Source: a virus. Taken from it: a stretch of DNA of 64,000 nt. Below the pieces are notes generated by a model. It did no database searches, was not told the origin of the DNA, and was given only the letters and a program-made list of their open reading frames with translations. Position numbers and translations under genes: made by a program. The stretch is from positions 160,001 through 224,000 of the IMG/VR virus record IMGVR_UViG_3300045988_171772; one strand, written 5' to 3'. The stretch's first letter is position 1, and each line of letters opens with the position of its first letter. Shown here piece by piece: positions 1 through 8,141 of the stretch.

Positions 1-556
1 TTACCCTGATATTCGATTGACTATTCTGATCATTCATCTCAAGAATCTTCTGAGGGAGATGGACATCATAGAGAATATTGAGAAGAAATTGGAATTCTTC
101 TTCGGTGACAAATTTGATGGCCCGATATCCTTCCAATTTTTGAAGTTCCGGAGTCATTGCAAATGCTCTGGATTTGCTTCCAAAAATATATGCCTTCATA
201 TGACCTTCATCAAACTCAAAGATATGCGTCAAGAGATTCATCATCTCACTCAAAGTTTCCGGACTTCTCCTATCCTGAGACTTAGCATCATGAACCTTGA
301 TAACCATCTCATCTGGACTGCATAAGGTATTATAGAAGAATCGGTACATCATCATGGTCGAGAAGATATGGTCATCCATCGTGAAATACTTCCCCAACAT
401 GTCATGAGGTCTTGGTACAAAGACTGGTTTCCAGAATACTCCATCTGGTTTCAGAGATCGATTCCCTTGCTCCCAGCATGTCATAAAGAAGTGACAAAAC
501 TTTGCTCCATTGTATGTCCCAAAGTATGGGGCATAATAATAGTGATAGGTCTTCAT
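1..556 (-). CDS. hypothetical protein, first 185 codons (gene runs off the left edge)
   Basis: Manual reverse translation from ATG 556-554 is stop-free to position 2 (MKTYHYYYAPYFGTYNGAKF...). An in-frame stop lies 2 codons upstream of the ATG and AAAGGAG lies 14 nt upstream. It is missing from the ORF track only because no stop falls inside the window. The + ORFs 17..325 and 368..589 are antisense shadows. Confidence 0.6.
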   Translation of the reverse strand, partial: MKTYHYYYAPYFGTYNGAKFCHFFMTCWEQGNRSLKPDGVFWKPVFVPRPHDMLGKYFTMDDHIFSTMMMYRFFYNTLCSPDEMVIKVHDAKSQDRRSPETLSEMMNLLTHIFEFDEGHMKAYIFGSKSRAFAMTPELQKLEGYRAIKFVTEEEFQFLLNILYDVHLPQKILEMNDQNSQSNIRV

Positions 557-598
557 CTTGTATTAGATTACTCCTTTCTTGAGAGATAAAAGATTCTA

Positions 599-1420
599 TC
601 AACCAGGACCAAACTTCTGGTTGATAGAATACTCACCAAGCCACTTGTAATAGCAATTGCCAATATCGATTCGATTGTTGGATCGATACTCATTCTTCTT
701 TCTGGTACAGAGCATCTCCTCTAGAGAATGTACCGTATAGTCGGGACTACGATTTCCCAATGCCATCTCATAACAGTCTTCTCTTGCCTTATAGACAACA
801 TCCCGATTCCATACATGCTTATTATAGAGATCCATAGAGATAATCTCAAATCTGGTATCACACTTCTGATCCCATAAGAGAGTATGAACTCCAAAGAGAT
901 TCAGATCTGTACATTTCCATCTCTTTGGAGAATTCACAAACTTTATGGTTTTTTCAAGCTTTGCTTTCAGAGCTGGTTCCACCATGAATTTGAAAGTTAT
1001 CTTCTGCTCTGGTAGTGGCAATACCGGGCCAAACAGAATACAGGTCTGCAGATAGTCAATAATACCACACAATGCATGATCAAAGACATTCTCTATATCC
1101 AGATACTCTTTTGAGTTATGATACATTATACCAGGATCAAAGTCCCATCGTATTGATACAATCGGAATCTCAGATAGACCATTCTGCCAATAAGCCTGAT
1201 AAGCACCCGAAGAACCATTCTTCACAAACTCAATCAAGATATAGAAGGTCTTCTTCGCACTGAGGCTAATTGACTTCATATAGAATTCTTGATTCCGTAT
1301 ATGAGGTTCATGCTTCTTCAGAATCTCATTCAGATCATCTAGACTCTCTGGTAAGGGAGTATCGACCCCACCAAACATCTTAACGCTTTGCATAAAAGTG
1401 TTATAACGCCTCCATTTCAC
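599..1420 (-). CDS. hypothetical protein (273 aa; start uncertain)
   Basis: Long ORF on the same strand as and just upstream of the previous gene. The GTG at 1420 has no good SD; an in-frame ATG at 1393 follows GGAGG by 15 nt. Confidence 0.6.
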   Translation of the reverse strand: MKWRRYNTFMQSVKMFGGVDTPLPESLDDLNEILKKHEPHIRNQEFYMKSISLSAKKTFYILIEFVKNGSSGAYQAYWQNGLSEIPIVSIRWDFDPGIMYHNSKEYLDIENVFDHALCGIIDYLQTCILFGPVLPLPEQKITFKFMVEPALKAKLEKTIKFVNSPKRWKCTDLNLFGVHTLLWDQKCDTRFEIISMDLYNKHVWNRDVVYKAREDCYEMALGNRSPDYTVHSLEEMLCTRKKNEYRSNNRIDIGNCYYKWLGEYSINQKFGPG

Positions 1421-1569
1421 CTTCCAAGATAGGGGCCTCTACAGCTGACTCCAATACACCTCCTTATATCACTATAATCCTATCTTGTCTATCTAAATCA
1501 TATATGGTTTTATTATTTTATCTGAAGTAAGTCTCTCTTATAGTATTACCTAGATGAATATATTTACAA

Positions 1570-2170
1570 GTGGAGCGTAAGCGAAACGGCTCAGATGAAT
1601 TCATACACTATATCCAATCTACCTGGAGGCAATACCGAGTTGTCTAGAAAACTTGTCAGACATGGACGAAAGCGGAGCGGCGATTTATGTGCCTGGAACG
1701 CAGTGCAAGGTCATAAATCGGTAGTACCATGTCTGGGGGTGTGGGGTGATGTACCCCCACGCGCCTAAGCGAACGAAACGAAGTGTAGTGAGTGTGGCAA
1801 GACTTTCCTATAAAAATTTAAATCGATATTAGGTGGAAGCTATTCCTAGCGGACACCTAATATCGCACTCATAAACTAAAGTTGTGATCTTCTTCTATAT
1901 AATTCTTATTATAGAAGAATAATTTTGGCGGAAGGTTTTGAAGATTCATTGAAACGCTGGCTTTTACGTTTCCGACACTACGTGTCTCCAACTAGCCAGC
2001 TGGGGTATTTCTTTCTAAAGAGAAAGAAATACAAGGTAAAAGATTAAAGATAGGAAAACGGAAAAAGTAAACGAAACCAGTGTATCAAGATGTTTACGAT
2101 ACCAGTTATAGTATATGCTCCTAATACTAGAGTATTGACCTTCCGCCCCTATTCAATCGTTGCGCGGTCC
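1570..2170. ncRNA. candidate large structured non-coding RNA (family unassigned, strand unresolved)
   Basis: No SD-preceded ORF exists in the 1.1-kb gap 1421-2565. The core is visibly more G+C-rich than its flanks. Nested perfect helices: 1657-1665/1727-1735, 1681-1689/1712-1720, 1823-1834/1854-1865, 1890-1899/1910-1919, long-range 1927-1936/2138-2147, 1956-1962/1994-2000, 2005-2016/2021-2032. Confidence 0.45.
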
Positions 2171-2565
2171 GTAAAAATTTATTACACCTCTTTCTCCAAT
2201 GAAATACGAGGATTTTGAGTATAATAAGATTTTGGACCCTATTTCAAAAATGATTTCCCAAAATAAAATCTGCAAGGCCTTTGCAAAAAATGTTGAGATG
2301 ATGTCCTCCAACTAAAAGATGAAATTAAAAAGATACCAAAATCTCATTATATCTCTTATGAGACATGCGAAATGAGATTTTTTGAGTGAGCAAAGATTTT
2401 TTATGTCGAGTTTTAGCATACCTTCTCTGAGAGCCTTCTATATCTGCTCTGAGAGAAGTCGATTTGCTCTAAAACCGTTTGAGACTTTTGAAGGTATTTC
2501 ATCTTCATATGACTCGGTATATAGGCTTATCCTAGAACTCACTAATAAAATTCATCCTGGAGGTA

Positions 2566-3414
2566 ATGAATACAATGGCAAGCGAATTTAATTATTACGC
2601 AGTCATGGAAGATACCTCACCAGCTGGGTATAATACACGCTCGAATATGGGCGTTCAAGAGAATGTCGTGCATGGAGAAACGAGGTCTCTTCGGTTCCGT
2701 GCATGTCTTCAGAGTTTTGGAAGACGAAATCGGAATGGAAGATTGTGGAGAGCTGATATGATGAAGAAAGCTCTGGCAGCTCCTACCATTGTCGAACTTA
2801 TCCAGAAAGGTGACTTTGCTGGAGAGAATGGTCATCCCATTGCTCAGGTTGGTGAAACTTCTATTTCCAGAATTGCTACGATTGATCCTAACAATGTGTG
2901 TCATCGTATCACTGCATTGGAATGGAGTGGAGATCTTGTCTATGGTACCGTAGAGACGATTGATGATATCAATGGTCCTGGTGCTAAGTTGATGAGATCC
3001 ATTATGCAAGGTATGGAACCTGCATTCTCTGTGAGAGCATTGGTACCTCAGAGAAAGAATGCGGATGGTACCTGGGATGTTACTGGAGTAGGTAGAGTGA
3101 TTACCTATGACAGAGTATTCCTTCCTTCTCATATGGAAGCTTATAGAGACCAGAATGTGGATATCAAGATGGTCACTCATGACAATACCTATCAGCAGGT
3201 ATTGGAAAGTTTTGTCTATCCCTATATCTCTTCTCATAGTGATAGAGTGAAGTATGCTACTGACAATACTCAGGTAGCTATGGAGAGTGCACATTATGAT
3301 CCTAAGTCTGGATTGTATAGTGTGAATACTTCTGACAGAAATAGAAGCAGAGTATTCGTTCCTATTGAGAAGAGACTTCAGAAAGAGATGAATGATCTCC
3401 TGAAGAATCTGTAA
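2566..3414 (+). CDS. prohead core protease, T4 gp21-like
   Basis: GGAGG lies 3 nt before the ATG. Segments RRNRNGRLW, GENGHP, WSGDLVYGTVETIDDINGPGAKL and AFSVRAL run colinear with T4 gp21 NRNKRLYP, GELNHP, WKGNDVYGRARVIEGDHGPGDKL and GVSSRGLG (recalled from memory). Confidence 0.8.
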   Translation: MNTMASEFNYYAVMEDTSPAGYNTRSNMGVQENVVHGETRSLRFRACLQSFGRRNRNGRLWRADMMKKALAAPTIVELIQKGDFAGENGHPIAQVGETSISRIATIDPNNVCHRITALEWSGDLVYGTVETIDDINGPGAKLMRSIMQGMEPAFSVRALVPQRKNADGTWDVTGVGRVITYDRVFLPSHMEAYRDQNVDIKMVTHDNTYQQVLESFVYPYISSHSDRVKYATDNTQVAMESAHYDPKSGLYSVNTSDRNRSRVFVPIEKRLQKEMNDLLKNL

Positions 3415-3429
3415 AAACGAAGAAAAAAT

Positions 3430-3488
3430 AAAGGCCCTTGGTAAAAGTAAGATTTTTACATCTTATACTCTACCAAGGGCCTTTTATA
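3430..3488. terminator. bidirectional intrinsic terminator
   Basis: 14-bp stem AAAGGCCCTTGGTA (3430-3443) / TACCAAGGGCCTTT (3471-3484) sits between convergent genes, with a T-run on the minus side and a weaker one on the plus side. Confidence 0.7.
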
Positions 3489-3506
3489 GCCTCCTTTTCT
3501 TTTTCT

Positions 3507-3794
3507 TTACCAGAGATGAAGACCGGCTTTCCGATCCTCTTTCATCTGGTTCTTCGCCTTAATGAAATAATCCATGATGTTAGTATCATACATGGATATT
3601 TCGTGATAGGTTGCAGTCGCGATGGCCTTTTTGATCCACCCTTCCGGATTTTCGGCATCGATAAGGAAAAAGAGATCCTTGTGCCCTTGCATTCCTATCT
3701 CCTTTTCTCTTTTCAAAATGTCGATCAACGTATCCACAATGACAAATGAATCAATGGATTTCATTTGCCCCGGAAGAAACATATTTTCTCTCAT
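3507..3794 (-). CDS. hypothetical protein (95 aa)
   Basis: AAAGGAG lies 8 nt upstream of the ATG at 3794, directly downstream of the 230-aa gene on the same strand. Confidence 0.6.
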   Translation of the reverse strand: MRENMFLPGQMKSIDSFVIVDTLIDILKREKEIGMQGHKDLFFLIDAENPEGWIKKAIATATYHEISMYDTNIMDYFIKAKNQMKEDRKAGLHLW

Positions 3795-3813
3795 ATTATT
3801 TACTCCTTTCTTA

Positions 3814-4506
3814 TTAAACCCGTCCGATTTTCCGGATGATGTTCATGCCGTCTCCAGGTTTAAGGCCCAGAAGCTTTTCAAGCTTTACGACGGCTGTATA
3901 GTTTTCATATCCGGTCGTGTACACGTTTTCGCTGTTTCCATATACAACATTGATCTTGGTATCATCCCCAAGATCAAACGTGATGGATTCGACGAAACCG
4001 AAATCTCCCTGGTCGAGGACATATTCATTGACCGGAATAATCCTGTCACCGATCTTCAGGGTATAAGCATACTCAGATTCAGACCAGTCTTCACTGAGTG
4101 CTGATTTCGAATCCATTGAGATGGAGAATGCATCCGCTTCATCGTCATCGTAACGATGAGCATATCTCATCTCCGAGCACATTTCAATGAGCTCCTCCTC
4201 AATAAACGCTTGAAGACTATAAATAGAGAAGGATCGGCATCCCAGTCTTTTTGTCAGGATGTCGACGTGCTTATCGGATTTAAGGTCGTAGGCCTTACCC
4301 CCGAAGTGAATACTGGCTTCGAAGTCAGTATTATACGTATCGTCGGCAGACCCAACTACCTCCAGCCGGCAACATTTTCCGTTCTGGAGATACACCATGT
4401 CGGTAAATTTAACCCTGATGTAAAACTCGGGATAATGTTCAGTGCCATCGAGGAACTGAACTTTCCGAGTTTCAATATAACGGATACCCACAGTTTTAGT
4501 TTTCAT
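3814..4506 (-). CDS. hypothetical protein (230 aa)
   Basis: ORF with AAGGAG 9 nt upstream of the ATG. Confidence 0.7.
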   Translation of the reverse strand: MKTKTVGIRYIETRKVQFLDGTEHYPEFYIRVKFTDMVYLQNGKCCRLEVVGSADDTYNTDFEASIHFGGKAYDLKSDKHVDILTKRLGCRSFSIYSLQAFIEEELIEMCSEMRYAHRYDDDEADAFSISMDSKSALSEDWSESEYAYTLKIGDRIIPVNEYVLDQGDFGFVESITFDLGDDTKINVVYGNSENVYTTGYENYTAVVKLEKLLGLKPGDGMNIIRKIGRV

Positions 4507-4532
4507 TTTTATCTTTCTCCTTTTTTGATTTA

Positions 4533-4889
4533 TTAACCAAGATTATCCAGATTCAAAGAATCGAAGAGAGCGATTGCTTTTTCAACCTTTTCGGAAGAGA
4601 CAGTGATATCTTCACCACTCTCTTTCTGGATGATGGCGATGATTAAGGGACGGATGGTATTGAGCATCTCTTCGACTCTATCATAGTCTCTCAGTACCGC
4701 ATTGGTATTTTCCTCGATCTTGCGAATTGCTTCATCCGCTTCTTTGAAACTCCCATACTTGATACCAAGCATCCGGCATTCATGTTTAGTCTCTTCACAG
4801 TTTTTGATTATTTCTTTCCGATTCTTTTCCAGAGTCCATTCTGCTGCCATGAACCGGACGATCAGATTGTTAATATCGTTGATATTCAT
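4533..4889 (-). CDS. hypothetical protein (118 aa, helical/coiled-coil-like)
   Basis: ORF with AAAGGAG 7 nt upstream of the ATG. Confidence 0.7.
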   Translation of the reverse strand: MNINDINNLIVRFMAAEWTLEKNRKEIIKNCEETKHECRMLGIKYGSFKEADEAIRKIEENTNAVLRDYDRVEEMLNTIRPLIIAIIQKESGEDITVSSEKVEKAIALFDSLNLDNLG

Positions 4890-4966
4890 ATGAAATCTCC
4901 TTTGTGATTTATTTTATTTCTGCTTCCATACTGAGATAAAAGGTTCCATCTTCCTCTTATCTTACT

Positions 4967-4978
4967 AAAATAATATAT
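4967..4978 (-). promoter_or_regulatory. promoter-like motif ATATATTATTTT
   Basis: One of 10 intergenic copies of RTATATTATT, each oriented toward the next gene. This copy lies 78 nt upstream of the ATG at 4889. Confidence 0.35.
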
Positions 4979-5000
4979 TGAGATTCACCATGGACTTTTC

Positions 5001-5049
5001 GAAAAAGAAATGGGTATATTTGAGGTTGTATCTATCCTCAAATATACCC
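5001..5049 (-). terminator. intrinsic terminator
   Basis: 14-bp stem 5012-5025/5036-5049, followed on the minus strand by TTTCTTTTT. Confidence 0.7.
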
Positions 5050-5058
5050 ATATAAAGA

Positions 5059-5475
5059 TTAATCTTCGGGATCAATGAAAGAATCCGGATCAAGACCAAA
5101 GTCTTTCTCACTGAATTCAATATCCTTCAGATCATCGACCGTGAGATCATCAGAATCCAGATCTTCATCATCAATATCTTCAGTAGACTCAGTGGTCAAT
5201 ACTGGGATATCTTCTGTATCTTCTGTATCATCATCTGCATGAAGATCAAAGAAGGATTCGATCCCGACTTTCCTTCTCTTATCTTCCTCTGTGATCAAAG
5301 AATCTTTAAGATCCTTGATCTCATTCTTCAATTCTTGCACCATAGTATAAATCTCCTCTTTGGTATAAAATTGTGATTCTATAGAAGTTGCGATGGTACA
5401 ATCTAGAGGACCAATCGGATTAATAACATCGGAATACACAGATTCTGTATCTGAGTTATTTCTCTCTAATTCCAT
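5059..5475 (-). CDS. hypothetical highly acidic protein (138 aa)
   Basis: ORF with GAAGGAG 12 nt upstream. The C-terminal half is rich in D/E. Confidence 0.65.
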   Translation of the reverse strand: MELERNNSDTESVYSDVINPIGPLDCTIATSIESQFYTKEEIYTMVQELKNEIKDLKDSLITEEDKRRKVGIESFFDLHADDDTEDTEDIPVLTTESTEDIDDEDLDSDDLTVDDLKDIEFSEKDFGLDPDSFIDPED

Positions 5476-5548
5476 AATCAGTATACATCTCCTTCACAGA
5501 AGTCTTTTTATTAGATTCTTGAAGGAGATGTATAATTTCATCTCTAGA

Positions 5549-6463
5549 TTAGTTTTCCTCTGTCTTAGTAGGATCTTGGACAAGAAGATCCTTCATAGAT
5601 TTAAGTACCTCATAGAATTTGGTATCATAGGCATATTCATCCCCAATTAAAGAATAGAATTCAAAGTATTGAGTCAATTCCTCATTGGCAATCATCTTCA
5701 TATCGGGATTATTCTTCAGATTGACTGTGATAACGGCTCTACGATTATGGAAAGAATATTCCATAGGAGACATTTCATCCTTGACAATTCTATCAAGTTT
5801 CCCGATAAGATCATACATCTCATTGTATACAGCAAGCTCCTCTTCTGTCATGGTATGCTTGCTGTTTTTATAGAGATTGGACAAGAAAGAATCCACGGAA
5901 GGAAAGAAAGACACACTCTTAGCCTGAGGAGTAGCCAGAATATTGAAGGTTCTCTCACCTCCAAGAATCATATTGGAGAGTCTCTCCATAAGCTTACGAT
6001 GATGATTACAAAGCTCTTCTTTGAGATAGAGAGACATCCGAGCTACATAGATATTCTTTCTTCCTTTCTCATTCAGATCATACAATTGTCTGGTAGCATC
6101 TTGATATCCAGAATGAATCATCGGAATGCTATAAGGATTCGACTCATCTGGTTTGAGATCATCATCTCCAAAATTCTTAAAGACCCAGGGATAGGTATCC
6201 GGCTTCAAAATCGTATCTTTGGAGAGATATTCATCTCCAGAGAGATTGGTATTCAGAAATTTGGAGGAATCCAATTTGACATTGGTAATGACAAAGAAAG
6301 GATCCACGAAGGGAGTCTTCTTGTCCGGATACTTCTCGTTGTATTGCTCATTGATTCTCTTATTGATTGCATCGATATAGGCGATATCGCCCAAGCAACC
6401 TCTGTAGAGAGTATACTGATCCAAAAGAATTTCACTCATAAGATCAAGATCCCTTTCTTTCAA
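5549..6463 (-). CDS. hypothetical protein (304 aa)
   Basis: Long ORF with a purine-rich SD (GAAAGGGA) upstream. Confidence 0.7.
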   Translation of the reverse strand: MKERDLDLMSEILLDQYTLYRGCLGDIAYIDAINKRINEQYNEKYPDKKTPFVDPFFVITNVKLDSSKFLNTNLSGDEYLSKDTILKPDTYPWVFKNFGDDDLKPDESNPYSIPMIHSGYQDATRQLYDLNEKGRKNIYVARMSLYLKEELCNHHRKLMERLSNMILGGERTFNILATPQAKSVSFFPSVDSFLSNLYKNSKHTMTEEELAVYNEMYDLIGKLDRIVKDEMSPMEYSFHNRRAVITVNLKNNPDMKMIANEELTQYFEFYSLIGDEYAYDTKFYEVLKSMKDLLVQDPTKTEEN

Positions 6464-6514
6464 TAAAAATAAAAAAGATGACTCTTTTTCTATATAGAGA
6501 GATTAGAGTCATCT
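6462..6514 (-). terminator. intrinsic terminator after the tRNA-Leu-like gene
   Basis: Stem AGATGACTCT (6476-6485) / AGAGTCATCT (6505-6514), followed on the minus strand by TTTTTTATTTTTATT. Confidence 0.65.
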
Positions 6515-6520
6515 ATCATA

Positions 6521-6606
6521 TGGTGCTGAAGATGGGAGTTGAACCCATATGGTATCACTACCAAGAGACTTAAGTCTCTTGCGTATGCCATTTTCGTCAC
6601 TTCAGC
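6521..6606 (-). tRNA. tRNA-Leu(UAA)-like, class II, CCA encoded, non-canonical anticodon arm
   Basis: The reverse complement reads GCTGAAG-TG-ACG-AAAATGGCATA-CGC-AAGAGACTTAAGTCTCTT-GGTAGTGATACCAT-ATGGG-TTCAACT-CCCAT-CTTCAGC-A-CCA. It has a 7-bp acceptor, a GG in the D-loop, a canonical T-arm and a long variable arm, with UAA centred in the anticodon loop. Confidence 0.75.
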
Positions 6607-6697
6607 ATAGGATAAGAATTACTCAGGGCTGTTACATTTTGATGTCATTTAACCTATTTAGGCACCCTTAAAGAATTACTTAGAAGAATAGAACCGC

Positions 6698-7036
6698 TTA
6701 CTTCAGATTGAAGCCATCGGTATTGGGAGTCGCATTGTCGATCTCATCCATGATGGAAGCCATGCTCTGGATAGACTCATCGATATTCTTCTGAGCCTCT
6801 TCGACAGAGACAGCAGCAGGTTCATCTTCGAGATCCTCAACATTGACCGAGTCCTCCATAACGGTAGGAGCTTCAGGCTCTTCATCGGGTTCCGCATCGA
6901 CTTCCTTCTCGGGGAAGATCTTGTCCTTGACAGACTTACCGGTCTTCACCAGAGCATCACGGAAGTCGTCATCAACCAGAGCAGCAACACCGATACCGGC
7001 AGCGGCAAAGGCCAGAGTAGAGAGAATCTTTTTCAT
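6698..7036 (-). CDS. small membrane-anchored or secreted acidic protein (112 aa)
   Basis: GGAGG lies 9 nt upstream. The N-terminus MKKILSTLAFAAAGIGVAALV is hydrophobic and the remainder is D/E-rich. The gene is locally G+C-elevated. Confidence 0.65.
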   Translation of the reverse strand: MKKILSTLAFAAAGIGVAALVDDDFRDALVKTGKSVKDKIFPEKEVDAEPDEEPEAPTVMEDSVNVEDLEDEPAAVSVEEAQKNIDESIQSMASIMDEIDNATPNTDGFNLK

Positions 7037-7107
7037 TTCGATTTACCTCCAATTTGATATAGATTTCTTTTCGATACAGGAGAGATATTCTCTTGTATCT
7101 TATCATG

Positions 7108-7119
7108 AAAATAATATAC
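7108..7119 (-). promoter_or_regulatory. promoter-like motif GTATATTATTTT
   Basis: Copy of RTATATTATT, 72 nt upstream of the ATG at 7036. Confidence 0.35.
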
Positions 7120-7124
7120 AGAGA

Positions 7125-8135
7125 TTACTCGTCTTTCTTATAAGGATTCCCACAGCTCATTTTCCCTTCGGTGCATCCACCACGAATACAACCAGGACCA
7201 GCATTCGCAAAGAGGGTAGGAGCTACTTCTTTACATTGCGTCAGCATCTGCCAAGCAATGTTACGAATTTCAGCCTGAGCTCTATTGCAGCATCTCAGTG
7301 TAAAGAAATGACGAAGTTCTCTTGCATTCATGGTAATCACCATATTGCAAGTGCAAGCATTCGGCAATACCGCTCTTGCATTCTCATTGGCAATCTTGGA
7401 ATACTTATTGAATGCATTCTTGAATTTATCATTCCCCATAAAGAGAATCTTGTAGATGCTGATCTGATCATTCTCTTCATAGTTCATGAAGTCAGACTCA
7501 GGATTGATGTAAGGATATCCTTCAGAATACCATTTCTTTTCCAGAGTGGCATAATAGGGCATATGCTCCTCATTCTCAGGAATCTTAATATAGTCCTGAT
7601 CACCAAAGAGCTCGTCTGTATTCTCACAGATAAAATAGCTGAGTAGCATAAAGAGAATCCGATCCCGAATGAGGATATAGTCCTTCTTGGATTCTGCAAT
7701 TGCATTGACGAAAGCATCATCGATTGCATACTGCATTTTCTCTCCAGTGTAATTCCCAGCAAGATTTGTATTGGGATGATGGAGAGGATACTCAATATAC
7801 TCAGGAACTCCAACTTGGAAATCGCTGAAGTTGATGTATCTCTGTGACTGCACAGAGAAACTGGCAATACGATGACGAGTGATCTGAGCGAGACAAGATC
7901 TTGTCATATCCGTAATAAGGAATGTGAAAGATGCGTGCTCGATCGGACTCTCATGACCATATCCTTCCAGATGAGAGAGATACCGAGATACCTCTTCATC
8001 CGTAAGAGACTCCCAGATCTTATCCGGTTCCGTATTGGAATAGCAGAGCTTAGCTGCCAAAGCAACCACTTTCTCAGGTTCCGGAGTGTGAGCAATCAGA
8101 GTAGCTTTCGGATACACGACTTTGATCGGTTCCAT
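7125..8135 (-). CDS. thyX: flavin-dependent thymidylate synthase ThyX
   Basis: ThyX signature RHRIASFSVQSQRY (RHRxxSxxxxSxR, nt 7836-7877). The N-terminal GHESPIEH and the C-terminal NARELRHFFTLRC blocks are typical of the family. Confidence 0.9.
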   Translation of the reverse strand: MEPIKVVYPKATLIAHTPEPEKVVALAAKLCYSNTEPDKIWESLTDEEVSRYLSHLEGYGHESPIEHASFTFLITDMTRSCLAQITRHRIASFSVQSQRYINFSDFQVGVPEYIEYPLHHPNTNLAGNYTGEKMQYAIDDAFVNAIAESKKDYILIRDRILFMLLSYFICENTDELFGDQDYIKIPENEEHMPYYATLEKKWYSEGYPYINPESDFMNYEENDQISIYKILFMGNDKFKNAFNKYSKIANENARAVLPNACTCNMVITMNARELRHFFTLRCCNRAQAEIRNIAWQMLTQCKEVAPTLFANAGPGCIRGGCTEGKMSCGNPYKKDE

Positions 8136-8141
8136 GGTATT

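Noticed and set aside
2382-2591. 69-aa plus-strand ORF and a 38-codon ORF at about 2199-2315 inside the large non-coding gap.
   Set aside because: Neither has an SD. The first overlaps the protease SD and start, and both lie in AT-rich filler between the structured core and the protease gene.
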